Below, one piece after another: positions 35,811 to 50,312 of a stretch of 64,000 nt of DNA. The DNA is from Octopus bimaculoides (taxonomy: Eukaryota), in NCBI RefSeq assembly GCF_001194135.2, contig NC_068982.1:45490783-45554782 (forward strand), written 5' to 3'. The notes below the pieces were generated by a model. The model saw nothing but the letters and a program-made list of their open reading frames with translations. It was not told the DNA's origin and did no database searches. The position numbers and the translations under genes are program-made. Each line of letters opens with the position of its first letter. The first letter of the stretch is position 1.

Positions 35811-37938
35811 AATTTTCTCCATATCAATGAAAATCCACCGTAAGCACTCCAGACCAAGAGAATAATAGAGTATATAAATAGAAGAAAAAATGGGATTAAA
35901 AAATTCTGGCAGGTATAAGGTAAGCACCCAATATAAAGGAATAAGGTTAAATTTCCAACAAGGAGATACCAGTAAATGTATGAAGAATGCAAATCCCACG
36001 TAAATCCTCACGTATGGCAGGTAAATCCAACAATCCTTATGCAGAATTTTAAGAAATTCAGATAATTAACAACAATCAATAATATGTACGAAGGAAATCG
36101 TATCTTTATTTTAGATGACACCTTAAAAATTCAATAGTTGTTTCAATTGCATTAACACACACACACACATTCATATATACACATATAGATATATAGCTAT
36201 ACATAATATCATTAAAATTAATAATAATATGTACGAAAATTTATGTCAGCACAACATTATCAAGGTAATCCAAATTTGTGAAATTCTAACTGAATATCAG
36301 AGAAAAGTTAACTTGTTAAAAAACGCTAATAAAAGGAAACACCAAACCAAATTTAAGTTTAGACATTCATTCAACCAAAAAGCGACGTCATTGAATAACT
36401 AATTTAATTGAGGAAAATAAAATATTAAAAAAAAACCCATCCTAATTCCATATTTTTAGATAATTTGAAATCTACATAAAAGAAACCTAACGTAGAAAAC
36501 GAGGATATTTATCTACTAAAATTTATGACGTCATTAGATATCTAAAGAACAAAAACTGCAAACAAGAATTCTATGTTATGCTTAATAGATAACTAAAGAA
36601 TAAAAACTACAAATTATAATTCTACGTAATGCTTAATAGAAACTTATATACTCTGAGAAATACAGCAGCAGCAGCAGCAGCAACAACAACATTTTTCTAA
36701 TTTAGGCATAAGGCCAATAATTTTGAGGAAAAGGAATAAATCGACTCTATCGACTCCAGTACATGACTGGTACTACATGTTATTGATTCCTGAGAGATGA
36801 AAGGCAAAATCCCTAGAATTTGTACTTAGAACTTAAAAAGTTGAACGAAATACGGCTACGCATGTTGTTCGAGGCGCTAACTATTCTACTCATACTCTGA
36901 TCTAATGTCAATACTTGTTTCTAATAGAGGTGCTAGACCAGTAATTTGTGGGGAGGAGTTTTAATCGATTGTGTTGAATCTAGAACTTTGTACTTTGTCT
37001 TAAAAACGTAGAGCCAGAAGAAATACGAAGCTCGAATAATTCCGCCAGTTGTTTGGAATCTATGCACAAAGCCAACAGTTCTGAGGAGAGCGGGTGGAGG
37101 GATACTGTCAGACCATGTACTAGACCGGAATATTATTTCATCGACATTGGCAGAATTTGAACGCAGAGCAAACACCCCGAGAATTTTCCCCTATGTTCGG
37201 TCTCTGTTTTAATGATATACCAAAAAGAATATCTTGTTAGACTCTTCTGTCTTTGACAATATACACACAGGCCATCAATATAATCTCATTGCCTCGTAGA
37301 GTTCAATCAAACTGAATATTAAAATCTTTCTTTTGCAGTTCCATGCATAGCTGTCCTTCTGTATATCCTTCCATTTAATCAATCTGGCGAAATGCAGTGC
37401 AACTAATGATATAAAGAAAGAAAGAAAGAAAGAAAAAAAAAACGATTTAAAATATCACCATCTACTTGAAGGACTATGGGTAGAACTTCGGGAACTTAGC
37501 AGATTATTAGAGTCTCTTCAACAATAAGTAGTTTTCTACTGTTAGCTAGTAATTATGGTGAAAAGATTTTAGTTTACGTTGTTTTAAATATACCTAGAGT
37601 TGGGCTCAAATGACTCATTTATCTTTTGTAGCTGTCTCATTACACGAAATTTTCCCCGCGTGATATTTTGAAAAGTGTTCTTTTAGACATGACGCCTCCA
37701 TAGCTCTATAACTCGATAGCATAGAAAATACATTTTCTTAGACACATACATCTCCGATTAACGGAAAGTAGAGTAGTAATAAATCCTCATCGCACGTAAT
37801 TTATATTATAGTGGTGAACTTCGTTTCTAGTTTCTGTATATATATTTATATGTATGAGCTTGTATGCATGTATATATGTGTATTATGTATGTATGTACGT
37901 ATGTATGTATCTATATGCCTATATATATGTATATGTAT

Positions 37939-38033
<95 letters not shown>

Positions 38034-39852
38034 CATACACACTCACACACACACACACACACACACACACTCGCACGTACCCACATGCATATATATTAAA
38101 CTGGTAGTAATTACTTTAAGCATTATCACTATTTTTCCGCTTGCACATAATGGTGGGTATATCTACAATTTATAAGGGAGAAAAATTAATAAGCAACATA
38201 CAAACGAAATAGCATCTTGTAACAAACAATTAAAAACCTAGTATAAATTGAAATGAAATTGGAAAAATCTATATATAGAATGTCTAATTGAAATTATATG
38301 CAACAATAAATAATACCGTGATATATGTTTTTAGAAGAATAAATAATTAATTTCTATTTGTAATTTTACGATGCATAAAATATTTTGAATGTATTGAAAA
38401 GACGACATGTAAAAGCATATATCCTTAAAATTGTTGCTAACACGGAAATAATATTTAATTAAAACAAAAATCTATTTGATGACATGACAAAGTTAAAATA
38501 AGAAATAAAATCCATGTGCTAAAAACACATATGCTTTATTCTATTCATTGTATCTATGTCATGTATATCTCCGGGGTAAAAATCGTTGTATTTCCTTATT
38601 AACCTGCTGTGACGGGAAACAATTACAGAGAATCTAACCTTTCTATTCAGCTGAAGCAGCAACTTTAATATTCGAGTGCATAATTTTACGTATGACCACG
38701 TTTATTGAAAACAGTGACTGCCATCTTTCAACCAAGATATGCCACAAGGCAACTGAACCGTAAGGAATTTATTTTTGTATTAAATAGCAAAGAATAAAAA
38801 GAAACATGAGTTGCAGGAGACAATCATTGAGTTACAAAATGGCGAAGTAAAGCTGAGTTTTGGAAACCAAGGCTTGTGTGAAATATGACCATAATGTAGT
38901 ATGAAATTTCCTTTATTGTGAAATGAAACCAGTATAGTTTTTATTTCCTCATCGTGTTTAAGGGAGAAAGGTTTAAGCGAGGCAACCCAAATTTCGACTA
39001 TCAATAGAAAGCTAATGGAAATAATGTAGCGTGGAGATTTACGACTTTTATCAAAGCAGAAACAGAATACTGCAAAATATACTGCTGTTCATTAACAATA
39101 GATACCCTTTAATAAATAATAACCGCTTATTATTTTAATCTAATCGCTATCGTAATTATTCTGGTTTTAATTGTATTAATAAATAACGTCTCTTTATAAG
39201 TATAATAATAAATCTGTTTACATTTATTTTAATTCCAATTGCAACCAACACTCTCATACTATAAGGGTTAAATGGGTAGTGAGTAACAAAATGTTTTATG
39301 TGGGTGTTATGAAAACATGTTTGGGAAATCCTGGATTATACTATTTACATCTTTTAATTTAACAATTTTAGAGCCATTTTTGAGTAGTTTTGATATATAA
39401 CTGAAAACGTTTGTTTATTTTTCTGTTTGTCAAATTGTTTGGTGCAAACTGTGTATAGGGAGAAGAGAATTTAGAAGGTTCTGGACAAGAAGAGGTTGAA
39501 ATATCAAGGAGTTGGTGGAGGATTGTTGCAGAAATAAATGAAGGAGCCGGTGCATGCTAGAGGAGATAGGCTGTAGACATTTCGCAGTAGTAAGTCTTTA
39601 CCATGGGTATTAGAAAGTTACATAAAAACAAGACATATTACACAATACATTAAGACATGTTAAAATTTAATATTAAAGAAAAAAAAAACGTTGGTAATTA
39701 TACAGAACACACATATAATTAAAAAACTATGATTTAAACGCAACCATCACACACACAGACGTGCTACATAGGCTGTATTAGAGTATGGCACACTCTGAGT
39801 TCTTACGCTCTCCGTATTTCAATCTGCTACATTTAAAAGTGTTGGGGACTTA

Positions 39853-40170
39853 GCAGGGGTGGTGATCAGTCAAACAAGGCAGGCAGTGTCCGATAACCTG
39901 GAAACAATCTGTAAAATAATTCAGAGTAAATATGATCTTAAAAATGAAGAGTTTATCTTTTCTGGCTGGCTGGTAATGGTCCCCAGTCTCGTCTCCAAGA
40001 AGCACATTATCTGGATTCTTTTCGTTCAGGTATAACATTAAACTGCGTAGGCGTGCATTTCCTTCTGGTTGTCTGTAAAACCGAGTGACTCCATGATGGT
40101 AAGCTTTCCTTCTGGCATCCTGTATGCTTTCTGCTTGACTTCTTGTTATTTTTTCTGTTATTATTATTTT
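39853..40170 (-). pseudogene. Unassigned decayed coding segment (106 open codons, intron-like interruption, upstream frameshift)
   Basis: The frame reads KIIITEKITRSQAESIQDARRKAYHHGVTRFYRQPEGNARLRSLMLYLNEKNPDNVLLGDETGDHYQPARK-[48-nt intron-like segment ending ttattttacag]-DCFQVIGHCLPCLTDHHPC*. TKEEWEALRKSFKK lies upstream in another frame. Confidence 0.35.
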
Positions 40171-40409
40171 TTAAAACTCTTCCTGAGAGCTTCCCACTCT
40201 TCTTTAGTCTATATTCCAACTCTAACCTCATAGGACAAAAGTAATTATTATATAGGAAACGAAACTTCTCACCGCACAGTTTTTTAAAATGATTAAATAA
40301 ATTGGACTGCAACAAAGAGTAGAGTTACTTCTTGCTTCAAAGATGACAGCCGAAAGCTCGATAACTGCGACTCAAGAGCAATGTATCACCCCTAGATACA
40401 TTTTGAAGC

Positions 40410-40600
40410 GCAATACCAAGAGATATGAATGTTCGTTTGCGGAAAGTTTGATGATATAATCGGCCACATACTATTTGGATGCTCCACAGTTGTCACGCCA
40501 AAATATATCAGACGACATGACAAAATTACTATCAAACTTATTGGAAGATATACAGGTGTATGAAGACAAGTATTAAGGCTCATAAATAAGTCAGAGCACG
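40410..40600 (+). mobile_element. R4/Dong-type LINE zinc-knuckle fragment
   Basis: VCGKFDDIIGHILFGCSTVVTPKYIRRHDKI resembles CxxCxxxxETIxHIxSGC..Y..RHD. Confidence 0.75.
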
Positions 40601-40719
40601 ACAAATAACAGAACCACATCTTGCTCTAAAGTTGGTGGTTGAAGAATTGCTAATTGCAGCTCAGAACCGATGTAATTTAACTAGATGTAGTTAGACAGAC
40701 ACAGGCCTGGCAGTATGTT

Positions 40720-40894
40720 AGGAAATGTGCTTTCTAACCAGTGGTTCAGTCCCACAGCGTGACATCTTGGGTAAGTACCTTTTACCATAGCTCCGGGCCG
40801 CTCCAAACCTTGGCAGTGGATTATGTAGGAGATTTGAAAGAAGCCCGTCATATATATATNNNNNNNNNNNNNNNNNNNNNNNNNNNNNNNNNNN

Positions 40895-40927
<33 letters not shown>

Positions 40928-41405
40928 ATATTAGGTTCTCCGGAAAGTTCGTGCTGATTTATAGTAACTTGCCTTTCGACTTATTTGCCATGAAACCATC
41001 TCAATTCTGGGAAGAAAATATTTTCAAGTTAAAGGAAAGATGGAGACGCATTGTGCAACAAAATGGTTCATATTTGGTTGATTAAAGATGTAATGGCAAG
41101 TATTTATTGACCTTTTTCTTTCCTTTAAAAATTGGCACGAACTTTCCGGACAACCCAATATATGTATATATGTAATTATGTATGTGTGTGTGTTTTTGTG
41201 CTTGTGATTGTCCCCCACCAGAGCTTGACAACCGATGTTGATGTATTTATGACCTCGCAACTTAGCACTTCGGCAAAAAGACTGATAAAATGAGTATCAG
41301 GCTTAAAAAAAAAAAACAACTATGGGGAGCGATCTATTCGATTAAAACTTCTTGACAGTGGCGCCCCAGCATGGCCACAGTTTAATGACTGAAACAAGTA
41401 GAAGT
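40720..41405 (+). mobile_element. Family B SINE whose internal microsatellite hosts a mariner relic
   Basis: The 5-prime half lies at about 40720-40855 and the 3-prime half at about 41175-41405. Confidence 0.75.
40931..41158 (+). mobile_element. Internally deleted mariner element
   Basis: TIRs ttaggttctccggaaagttcgtgc and gcacgaactttccggacaacccaa, with TA flanks. It encodes the mariner C-terminus KPSQFWEENIFKLKERWRRIVQQNGSYL. Confidence 0.9.
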
Positions 41406-41630
41406 TAAAGGACAATATCAAGCTGGAATGTCGATGGTGAAGAAGTTTTGATGAGATAATCAACCACATAGTCCCTCATAAATGTTCGGTAGCATAGAAA
41501 CAAACGAAAAATGTTTACCGAAATAAGGGTTAGACAATATTAAGTGGTTCATTGGTGTTATGAAAATGATATGGGAAAAGAACCAAGTTACTTTAAAATC
41601 TAAACAAGCCGAATCATAAAAGAAAAATTT

Positions 41631-42681
41631 GGGATCTGTTCAATTTGGTTCACATATTTTTTAATTAATTTTTTTCAGCTAAACAGTTTGAAACTTCGTA
41701 TACTGGTGGAATGACTCACAGAAAATGGTTTACTTCGAACATTTTTGACAAAATTTGGTATTTTAGAAGTAATTTCGTGTTAAATTCGTCGTATTTGGGT
41801 AATTTCAACCAATCAACGACGTGTATTCAGTTCAAGAAAGATACTTCTGTTTGCGATAGTAATCGAAGAGGAACATCTTCCGGGTCATCTCTACTAGATG
41901 TCACCACTCTGTTCTATTCTATTTTTTGTTTATTGCTTGTGTTGCATATTACACGTTTTTTTCTTTTTCAGTGGGGTTCTCGCATCGGAGTAACCAGTAA
42001 ACATCGAAGAATCAACACCAAGAAAGAAGAAATATTATTTAGATATATTAATTCGTTTGGCGGACATCGGTCTTTTATCCAAACATAAAGTGTTCCGGTG
42101 TTTAAAAGACCTATAGAGCTACGAGTCCGCAGCTAGCTTTTTTTGTTGCCTTATTATACAACAATGAGATGTATTGTTATTGTCATGATTTTTATCTTAC
42201 TATAATCAATAACAAACACATTTCAATATAAAAGTCTTTATTTGATTAAAAATAAGATTATCAAAACATGAAAGTAAAACAAAACAAATAACGGCTTATA
42301 CACCGGAAAATACGGTAATTGTAGTGGCAGTGACAAGTTCGCTCGCTGGTTACTAGTTCATAGTATAGAAGGGAAGGAAAGAGTAAGGAATGCACGGTGT
42401 TGACTAGAAGGGAAGAAAGGATAAAGGTGGCATCGTCTTCGCTCGACATACGAATAGAAGAGAGTGGTGACATTTAGTAGAGATAACCCGGAAGTTGATT
42501 GGTTGAAATTACCCAAATACGACCACTTTAACACGAAATAACTTCTAAAATACCAAATTTTGTCAAAAATGTTCAAAGTAAACCATGTTCTGCGTGAGAC
42601 ATTCCACCAGTATGCAAAGTTTCAAACTGTTTAGTTAAAAAAATTAATTTAAGAATCTGTGCGCCAAACTGAACAGATCCC
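41631..42681. mobile_element. About 1.05-kb non-autonomous DNA element with long TIRs of about 230 bp (Mutator/foldback-like)
   Basis: 41631 to about 41920 pairs with about 42452 to 42681 (GGGATCTGTTCA...TGAACAGATCCC). The left arm has an extra 60 bp or so. No transposase was seen inside, and the TSD is unclear. Confidence 0.75.
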
Positions 42682-43329
42682 AAAATTGTTATTGCATTTG
42701 TTCATGACTTTGCAAGAAGAATGTGCGACCTCATGTTTGCGAAGCCAATCTGCCATTCTGCCATTCTGCGTAGAATCTTAGAGAAGAGTTTTTTTTTTAC
42801 CATATTCCCTGGTCAGACCAAGCCTTTTGAGTAACATTGGATAATCGGAAACTATGTGAGCGTCTATTGGATAAATTGAATCAATATTTTAAATGGTTAA
42901 CCTTGTTACAACGAGTCACATTGACTCCGTTTGAGAGTTATGTTAAGGGTACACGTGTCTGTAGAATGATCAGTTACTTAAACGCCAGATCAATGAGCAC
43001 AGCGTTCAGTTGATTGAGCGCCTTAATACACATAATCGAAACTGACGATTAATCATTATCAGAAGAGAAATGACACCAGCTAAGCCATTTTGCAAGGCCT
43101 CCAAGACAGTTGGAAAAAAGAAAGAAACAAACTCCGATTCATATGCCGCAAGAATAAGATGCAACCCATCAAAAGATCAAGTTTTTTACTCTCACACATA
43201 AGAAACCTAGTTCGAATTCTTCCAACAGAGTTGGTCCCCGTTAATGCCACTGACGAGCCTCATGGTGGTGGAAGTGGTGATGGTAGGGTGAGGGTGGTGG
43301 TATTGTTGATTTTAAAGTAGGTGATGGAT

Positions 43330-43650
43330 TGAGACTACTATTTATTGCTGATCAAGAAATAAGCCAGAAATTTTTATAATTACATGGCTACATCTTTCAA
43401 AACTTGAGTATTGGAGAAATTATTTCATAAATATTCAGAAATTGGTTTAGAACTGCCTAGATTGCTGGGAGAAGTGAGTACAAGTGTAAAATCCATTGAT
43501 AGTCGGAGCATTAGGCTGATTTTCTGAATAAAAAATAAAAAGGAAGAAAAAATCAGAAATGAAATTTTATGTACGACCTCAAACAGACAAAAATTAACAT
43601 TGCTTGGAACTGCTAATATACAAAGGAATGTATTTTCTGTCTGAAGTTTT
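43330..43650 (+). mobile_element. R4/Dong-type LINE C-terminal end, decayed
   Basis: LIVGALG at about 43500 and QKLTLLGTANIQRNVFSV* ending at about 43645 resemble IQKxxLLGTAHILRRxLS*. Confidence 0.65.
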
Positions 43651-44044
43651 CAGACCTCAGCAAAAGAAAGATTATTTTCATTCTACAGATGTCAATACAT
43701 ACACTGTGTATACAAACCCGAATAAAATAAAATAAAATAAAATAAAATAAAATAAAATAAAATAAACAGCAACAAAACAACAGCAATAATAGTTATGAAT
43801 GATGAGATGAAAGGAGCCTAATAAATATTAATATGACGATGTGCTACTACTGATGTTGTTAATGACAACGATGATAATAATGATGATTACACATTTTTTT
43901 ATTGTCATATAGTGTTTGAAGAGAATTTTATATACATATACATGTATACATAATGCGTGCGCGCACACACACACATACACACATACATATACATACAAGT
44001 TATATGTATACATGTACATATATATGTATACATAAATGTTTATA

Positions 44045-44088
<44 letters not shown>

Positions 44089-44204
44089 TCGTAAAACATA
44101 CATCTTATATTAGAGGGAAATAAATAGAAAGGGAAACAAATACATGATTATAACAATGAAAATGAATATTTATAATATGATTTAATTTAACATAAACATG
44201 TTTG

Positions 44205-44301
<97 letters not shown>

Positions 44302-44314
44302 CTTTATTTTAATA

Positions 44315-44349
<35 letters not shown>

Positions 44350-44644
44350 AATAATTTGAAGAACGCAAAAATAATAATAACAAATTGCTTAAAAGCTATG
44401 TTAATTTGTAATATGTGAAACTGATGTCATCATCTTATCTCTATAAGCTAACTCAATTGATTTACAATCTACAAACACGCACATACATGTGCATATACGT
44501 ATGCATTCATTCCTTCATTTATTCATACATACATACATACATATCAGCTTCACAGAAACAATGCCTAAACACTTGTACAGGCACACATACACATGGCACT
44601 TACTCCATCATTGAACAGTACAGATTATATATGTATGTATATGT

Positions 44645-44676
<32 letters not shown>

Positions 44677-44722
44677 GTACATATATACACACACATACAC
44701 ACACATACACACGCACACACGG

Positions 44723-44767
<45 letters not shown>

Positions 44768-45449
44768 CATACATACGTATATAAGCAAATAGATTTTACA
44801 GCGTTTAAAGATATATAAAATCATATAAAATCACAGAAAATATTATAGGCATCAAAACATGACATATGTTCATCCAATGATCTGTTAGAAATATCAGCGA
44901 AATTGACTACCTCAGGTCACACCCTACCATCTTGAAAAAGAAGTAGACACTGCATAATATAGTCCTTAGTGGAGAAGATCGGATTCTCATAATTGTAATG
45001 CTTTTAATCATACATTTGCCTAAAGTTGAGCTCGAGCTAAGCAAGAAAATTGGACAATGTTTTGCTTGATAGACAAAAAGACAAGATGATCACGGCCGGC
45101 AAGATTTCGTTCAGATTTCTGGCCTGTTTGTTCATGCTTCTATTTGGGCTAAAGAACAACATAATAAAGGCAACGAGGGAGGACATACTAGGTAATGATG
45201 TTCGAGATGCAATATGTTTGAAAAAAATGACAAAATAGTCATATTTAGAACGACTTTGAACTTGCAGGACTAGCATTTTACTGGAGGAGGAGGAGGAGGA
45301 GGAGGAGGAGGAGGAGGAGGAAGAAGAGGCTAAATACCTATACCGACATTGGAATTGTAAGGAACAGACTCCCGAAAGAAACAGCTACTGAAATATGCAT
45401 TTATACAGCAAATTACGAAACTGCTATCAATCCATCCATCTATCTCGTC

Positions 45450-45800
45450 CAGAGCAATGCAACTCTTCCACGCTGTCTCGATCCTCCATCGTAGTTTTCA
45501 TATCTTCGACTTGATATCCGGTGTCTTCCACAAGTTATTTCATAGGTGCTCTTGTCAGTCTACCGGTACCAGTATGTGTATGCGTGGATTTCAAGAGAAG
45601 GCGATCGCTGGATATTTCATCCTTGTTTCTCCTGCAGTGTCCTGCATATTATGTTATTATCATTCTGATTACTGAAGTAACGACAAGAAGACTTCAATAC
45701 AGTCGCTGCTGTGTAGATATGCACGAAACATTCTCGCAGTATTACCGTCGAGTTTCTTTTCAAGTCTCTTGTTCATTGTCTCTACCTTGAGCATGGTCTC
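45450..45800 (-). mobile_element. 3-prime end of an RTE-like non-LTR retrotransposon ORF, decayed
   Basis: Reads KKLDGNTARMFRA...AGHCRRNKDEISSDRLL...GRLTR...LVEDTGYQVEDMKTTMEDRD. Confidence 0.65.
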
Positions 45801-46194
45801 TGAAAAGTTCCTTAAGCATATATTTACAAAATGTAATATCAAATAATTAATATGATATTATCACTTAATATGCAATATATAGTATGGAATTCTATAACAA
45901 TATCAATGATCTTGATTTACGTGACCTATATCAATTGATAGGAATCGTCAATGGTCTACGTGTCAGCATGGTTTCGTATCTAACTCGTGTCCAGTTAGGC
46001 AAATAAAGGTTAGGGCTTAGGATGCTAAGATAATGAAAGGATATCATTTATGGCACGGCTGTGTAGTTAAGGAACTCACTTTGTAAGTACGTGGTTTCGG
46101 GTTCAGTTCCAAATGTCTTCTACTATAGTCGCGAGCCGACCAATGCTTTGTGAGTGAATTTGGTACACAGAAACAGTGTAAAAGCCCGTCGTGT

Positions 46195-46232
<38 letters not shown>

Positions 46233-46244
46233 ACACACATATAT

Positions 46245-46375
46245 AAGCCGAGTTGGTAGTCAAGATGAAGGAGGTTTTCGAAGTTTTTTCCAAGGATACA
46301 ATGAAGAACGCATGCGTCAGGTTCCGGAACCATCTTGAGGTCGTAGTGAAAGCTGAGAGCGGCTTCTTTGAGCAA
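46245..46375 (+). mobile_element. Tc1/mariner-superfamily transposase C-terminal fragment
   Basis: Reads ELVVKMKEVFEVFSKDTMKNACVRFRNHLEVVVKAESGFFE. Confidence 0.7.
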
Positions 46376-46971
46376 ACTCCCTGCCATAATCTACTTGATA
46401 TTTTTTTATTTTTAAAAAATACTATAATATAATACTACAATATTCTTTCCTTTTCCCTTTATGCGAACTGTCAAATTTTGCCCGAATATCTTGTATATAT
46501 GTATGTATACGTATGAATGTGTATCAAAACTAACTTAGGGAAAGGAACTTGTTTAAGTCAAACGCTTGCATTAAAGTATGTCAAGTACATGTTCATGTAC
46601 TTAATGACATATTCAAAAATTATTAATGGGTTGAAGTTTGCCTCTATGTTGGAAAAGTAAACAAAAATCTAGCGGCAATAATGTGTAACTCACTATGAAA
46701 AGAGGAGATAATTTCAAGAAATAAAGGATTAAACGGTGAATGCAATTAATAGAGACAGAAATGGCTGCCTGTTTACGATGCACACTTCTCAAACGTATAA
46801 TTTTGGGCCCAGTCCGACAATACTGGCAAGCAGACCCATGCCTTTGGGGGAAGTTGGTAGGTGAAAACACTTTAAAAGTCTATCGTATATGTATCTGTCT
46901 ATCAATGTACATATATGTATCTGTCTCTCAATATATATATATATATATATGTATGTATATATGTATATATA

Positions 46972-47003
<32 letters not shown>

Positions 47004-47508
47004 GAGAGAGAAAGAGAAAGAGTGAGAGAGAGAAAGAGAGAGTGAGGGAGAGAAAAAGAAAGAGAGAGAGAGAGAGTGAGAGAGAAAGAGAGAAAAACCT
47101 AGAAAGATTTCTAAACCTGATCACGGGATCATCTTCGTCCAATCAAAACGTATTCAAAATAGATACTAATTTGAGCCATGTTCTCTTTATGAAAACAAGA
47201 CAATCTTTGAATCCGACTCAGAAGCAAGACCGTTGCAACATAGCTCCAAGTCTTTCTATCTCAACTTTTGAAAATCAGAGAAATCTGTCAAACCGGTTGA
47301 GTTTTTAAAAATTGAAAAATTAAAAAATTAAACGAATCCCAGTGCATTAAGTAGTTTGCTTATCAACCACATGGCTCCGGGTTTAGTCACACTGCGTGAC
47401 ACCTTGGGCGAGTTTTTTTCTTACTATAGCCTAGGACCGACCAAAGCCTTGAGAGTAGATTTGGTAGACGAAACTGAAAGAAGCCCATCGTATATATATA
47501 TGTGTGTG

Positions 47509-47542
<34 letters not shown>

Positions 47543-48342
47543 NNNNNNNNNNNNNNNNNNNNNNNNNNNNNNNNNNNNNNNNNNNNNNNNNNNNNNNNNN
47601 NNNNNNNNNNNNNNNNNNNNNNNNNNNNNNNNNNNNNNNNNNNNNNNNNNNNNNNNNNNNNNNNNNNNNNNNNNNNNNNNNNNNNNNNNNNNNNNNNNNN
47701 NNNNNNNNNNNNNNNNNNNNNNNNNNNNNNNNNNNNNNNNNNNNNNNNNNNNNNNNNNNNNNNNNNNNNNNNNNNNNNNNNNNNNNNNNNNNNNNNNNNN
47801 NNNNNNNNNNNNNNNNNNNNNNNNNNNNNNNNNNNNNNNNNNNNNNNNNNNNNNNNNNNNNNNNNNNNNNNNNNNNNNNNNNNNNNNNNNNNNNNNNNNN
47901 NNNNNNNNNNNNNNNNNNNNNNNNNNNNNNNNNNNNNNNNNNNNNNNNNNNNNNNNNNNNNNNNNNNNNNNNNNNNNNNNNNNNNNNNNNNNNNNNNNNN
48001 NNNNNNNNNNNNNNNNNNNNNNNNNNNNNNNNNNNNNNNNNNNNNNNNNNNNNNNNNNNNNNNNNNNNNNNNNNNNNNNNNNNNNNNNNNNNNNNNNNNN
48101 NNNNNNNNNNNNNNNNNNNNNNNNNNNNNNNNNNNNNNNNNNNNNNNNNNNNNNNNNNNNNNNNNNNNNNNNNNNNNNNNNNNNNNNNNNNNNNNNNNNN
48201 NNNNNNNNNNNNNNNNNNNNNNNNNNNNNNNNNNNNNNNNNNNNNNNNNNNNNNNNNNNNNNNNNNNNNNNNNNNNNNNNNNNNNNNNNNNNNNNNNNNN
48301 NNNNNNNNNNNNNNNNNNNNNNNNNNNNNNNNNNNNNNNNNN

Positions 48343-48373
<31 letters not shown>

Positions 48374-49903
48374 TATATCAAATGCCATACGACATAAACT
48401 CTTAATTCGTTGAAATTATTTCCACCTCAAGAGAATATGTGAAAATTACCAAGTGGCTATAAAACCAACTCCATATGTGAAGGAGAGTCAATCTTGCGAA
48501 CCAAGAATTACCCAAAGTTGACATGCCATTAATGGAAAGGACAACCGTGGAAGCAAATTTATGCCTCAATAAGCATAAGTGCGACAATAGTCCAACTTTT
48601 TGCCCTGTGCACATATCATTGCATTTGTTTCTCACTATTCGACAACAGATCTCGTGAGTTTACGTTCGCACAACTTATTGGGACGGTGATAGCAAAGAAT
48701 ATATTCTGGGCTTACTGACCTGGTCAGTTAAACTTAGTCATCATGAACTCTCTCATGGTGGGCAATAACTTGCATAATATAAAACAAAACTGACCTACGG
48801 AAAATAACATTTAGTTGAGTTATGACATTATGATAAATTATGATAAATAGATATGATAAATTATGATAAATAGATATGATAAATTATGATAAATAGAAAA
48901 GATGTAGCGAAAGATGAATATCAAAATTCTTAGTGAAAATATATTTGCATTTTAGTTGGAGAAATAGAACAAAAACGTAGGCGGCAATAATTTAGAAATG
49001 ACAATTAACTAGGAAATAATTCCAAGAAATTTAAAATTTATCTTTAGAAAGCTGTAATTCTTATGTTTAAGAAAAAAATCTCATTGTCGTTAGCAGAAAC
49101 AATGAAAGCTGCCGATACGTTTCAGTCTCATTGTAGCTATTCATTGAAATATTTCCATAAACCTATTAAAAAACATAAAATTCTGCGCCTACTAACCAAG
49201 AGGGTTTGTGTTAACCAGGCTGCACTGACAAAAGTTCCGCTAAAATGAGCAGATTTTTCTTCAAGCGACAGGATTATTTCATTACTTCTTATGATATCTC
49301 CTTGTCTACGCAAGTCGCTAACGTGGGCCACTAGGCTGTGTTTTCTTTGTCAAACTAAGAAGCATGTTTCAGTTCGTTAATAACTTTTTACGTACATCAT
49401 CCACTACAACTCCGGCTACTTGATTTATAGACAATAACAGATGGAGTACTTGGTGCCCTAAACTTATCAAAGAAGATGTATCAATCTATAATTTTATTAC
49501 GTATAAAATATTTATGTTATTCAGGATCAATTTATAGTGCACATATATCAATATACTTTCACAGTAATATAAATGTACTTTAATCGTAATTCCAAAGTAC
49601 TTATATCACATTATCAACAGATTTTCTAATATCATCGAAAGTAGATTGCATTAGCAATAAGTTTGCTCAGTAATCAATGTTTAATGTAACTACATATCCA
49701 ATATTTCATGTCGTCATATCGATCAATTTTCGATAGTAATGAACTAACATCACATAAGCACTAACGTCATCTGTCTACCTATCTATCTGTCTTTTATCTA
49801 CCTAGGCAGATACACATTTGTCTAGTTAGCACTCTCTTTCAGTCACTCTCTCTTTTATGTTATTGTAGATACGATATAATACACACACCACACACGCGCA
49901 CAC

Positions 49904-49952
<49 letters not shown>

Positions 49953-49962
49953 NNNNNNNNNN

Positions 49963-50005
<43 letters not shown>

Positions 50006-50132
50006 TACACACACACACACACACGCACACACTCATACACATACACACGCACCAACATGCGCATACATTCACGCATCGTACTTATGATATAATTCAGAAA
50101 GAGTAGTTGATAGATGGTTAGCTACCTACCTA

Positions 50133-50192
<60 letters not shown>

Positions 50193-50193
50193 C

Positions 50194-50240
<47 letters not shown>

Positions 50241-50241
50241 C

Positions 50242-50312
<71 letters not shown>

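Noticed and set aside
38788-38846. Possible 59-nt plus-strand exon (KNKKKHELQETIIELQNGE)
   Set aside because: The splice sites are only plausible, the opposite strand is also open, and I recognise no homology.
48829-48897. Three 23-bp units tatgataaattatgataaataga (also a 52-bp duplication at 36543-36643 and 11-bp repeats at about 53170-53215)
   Set aside because: These are ordinary local slippage repeats with no further structure.
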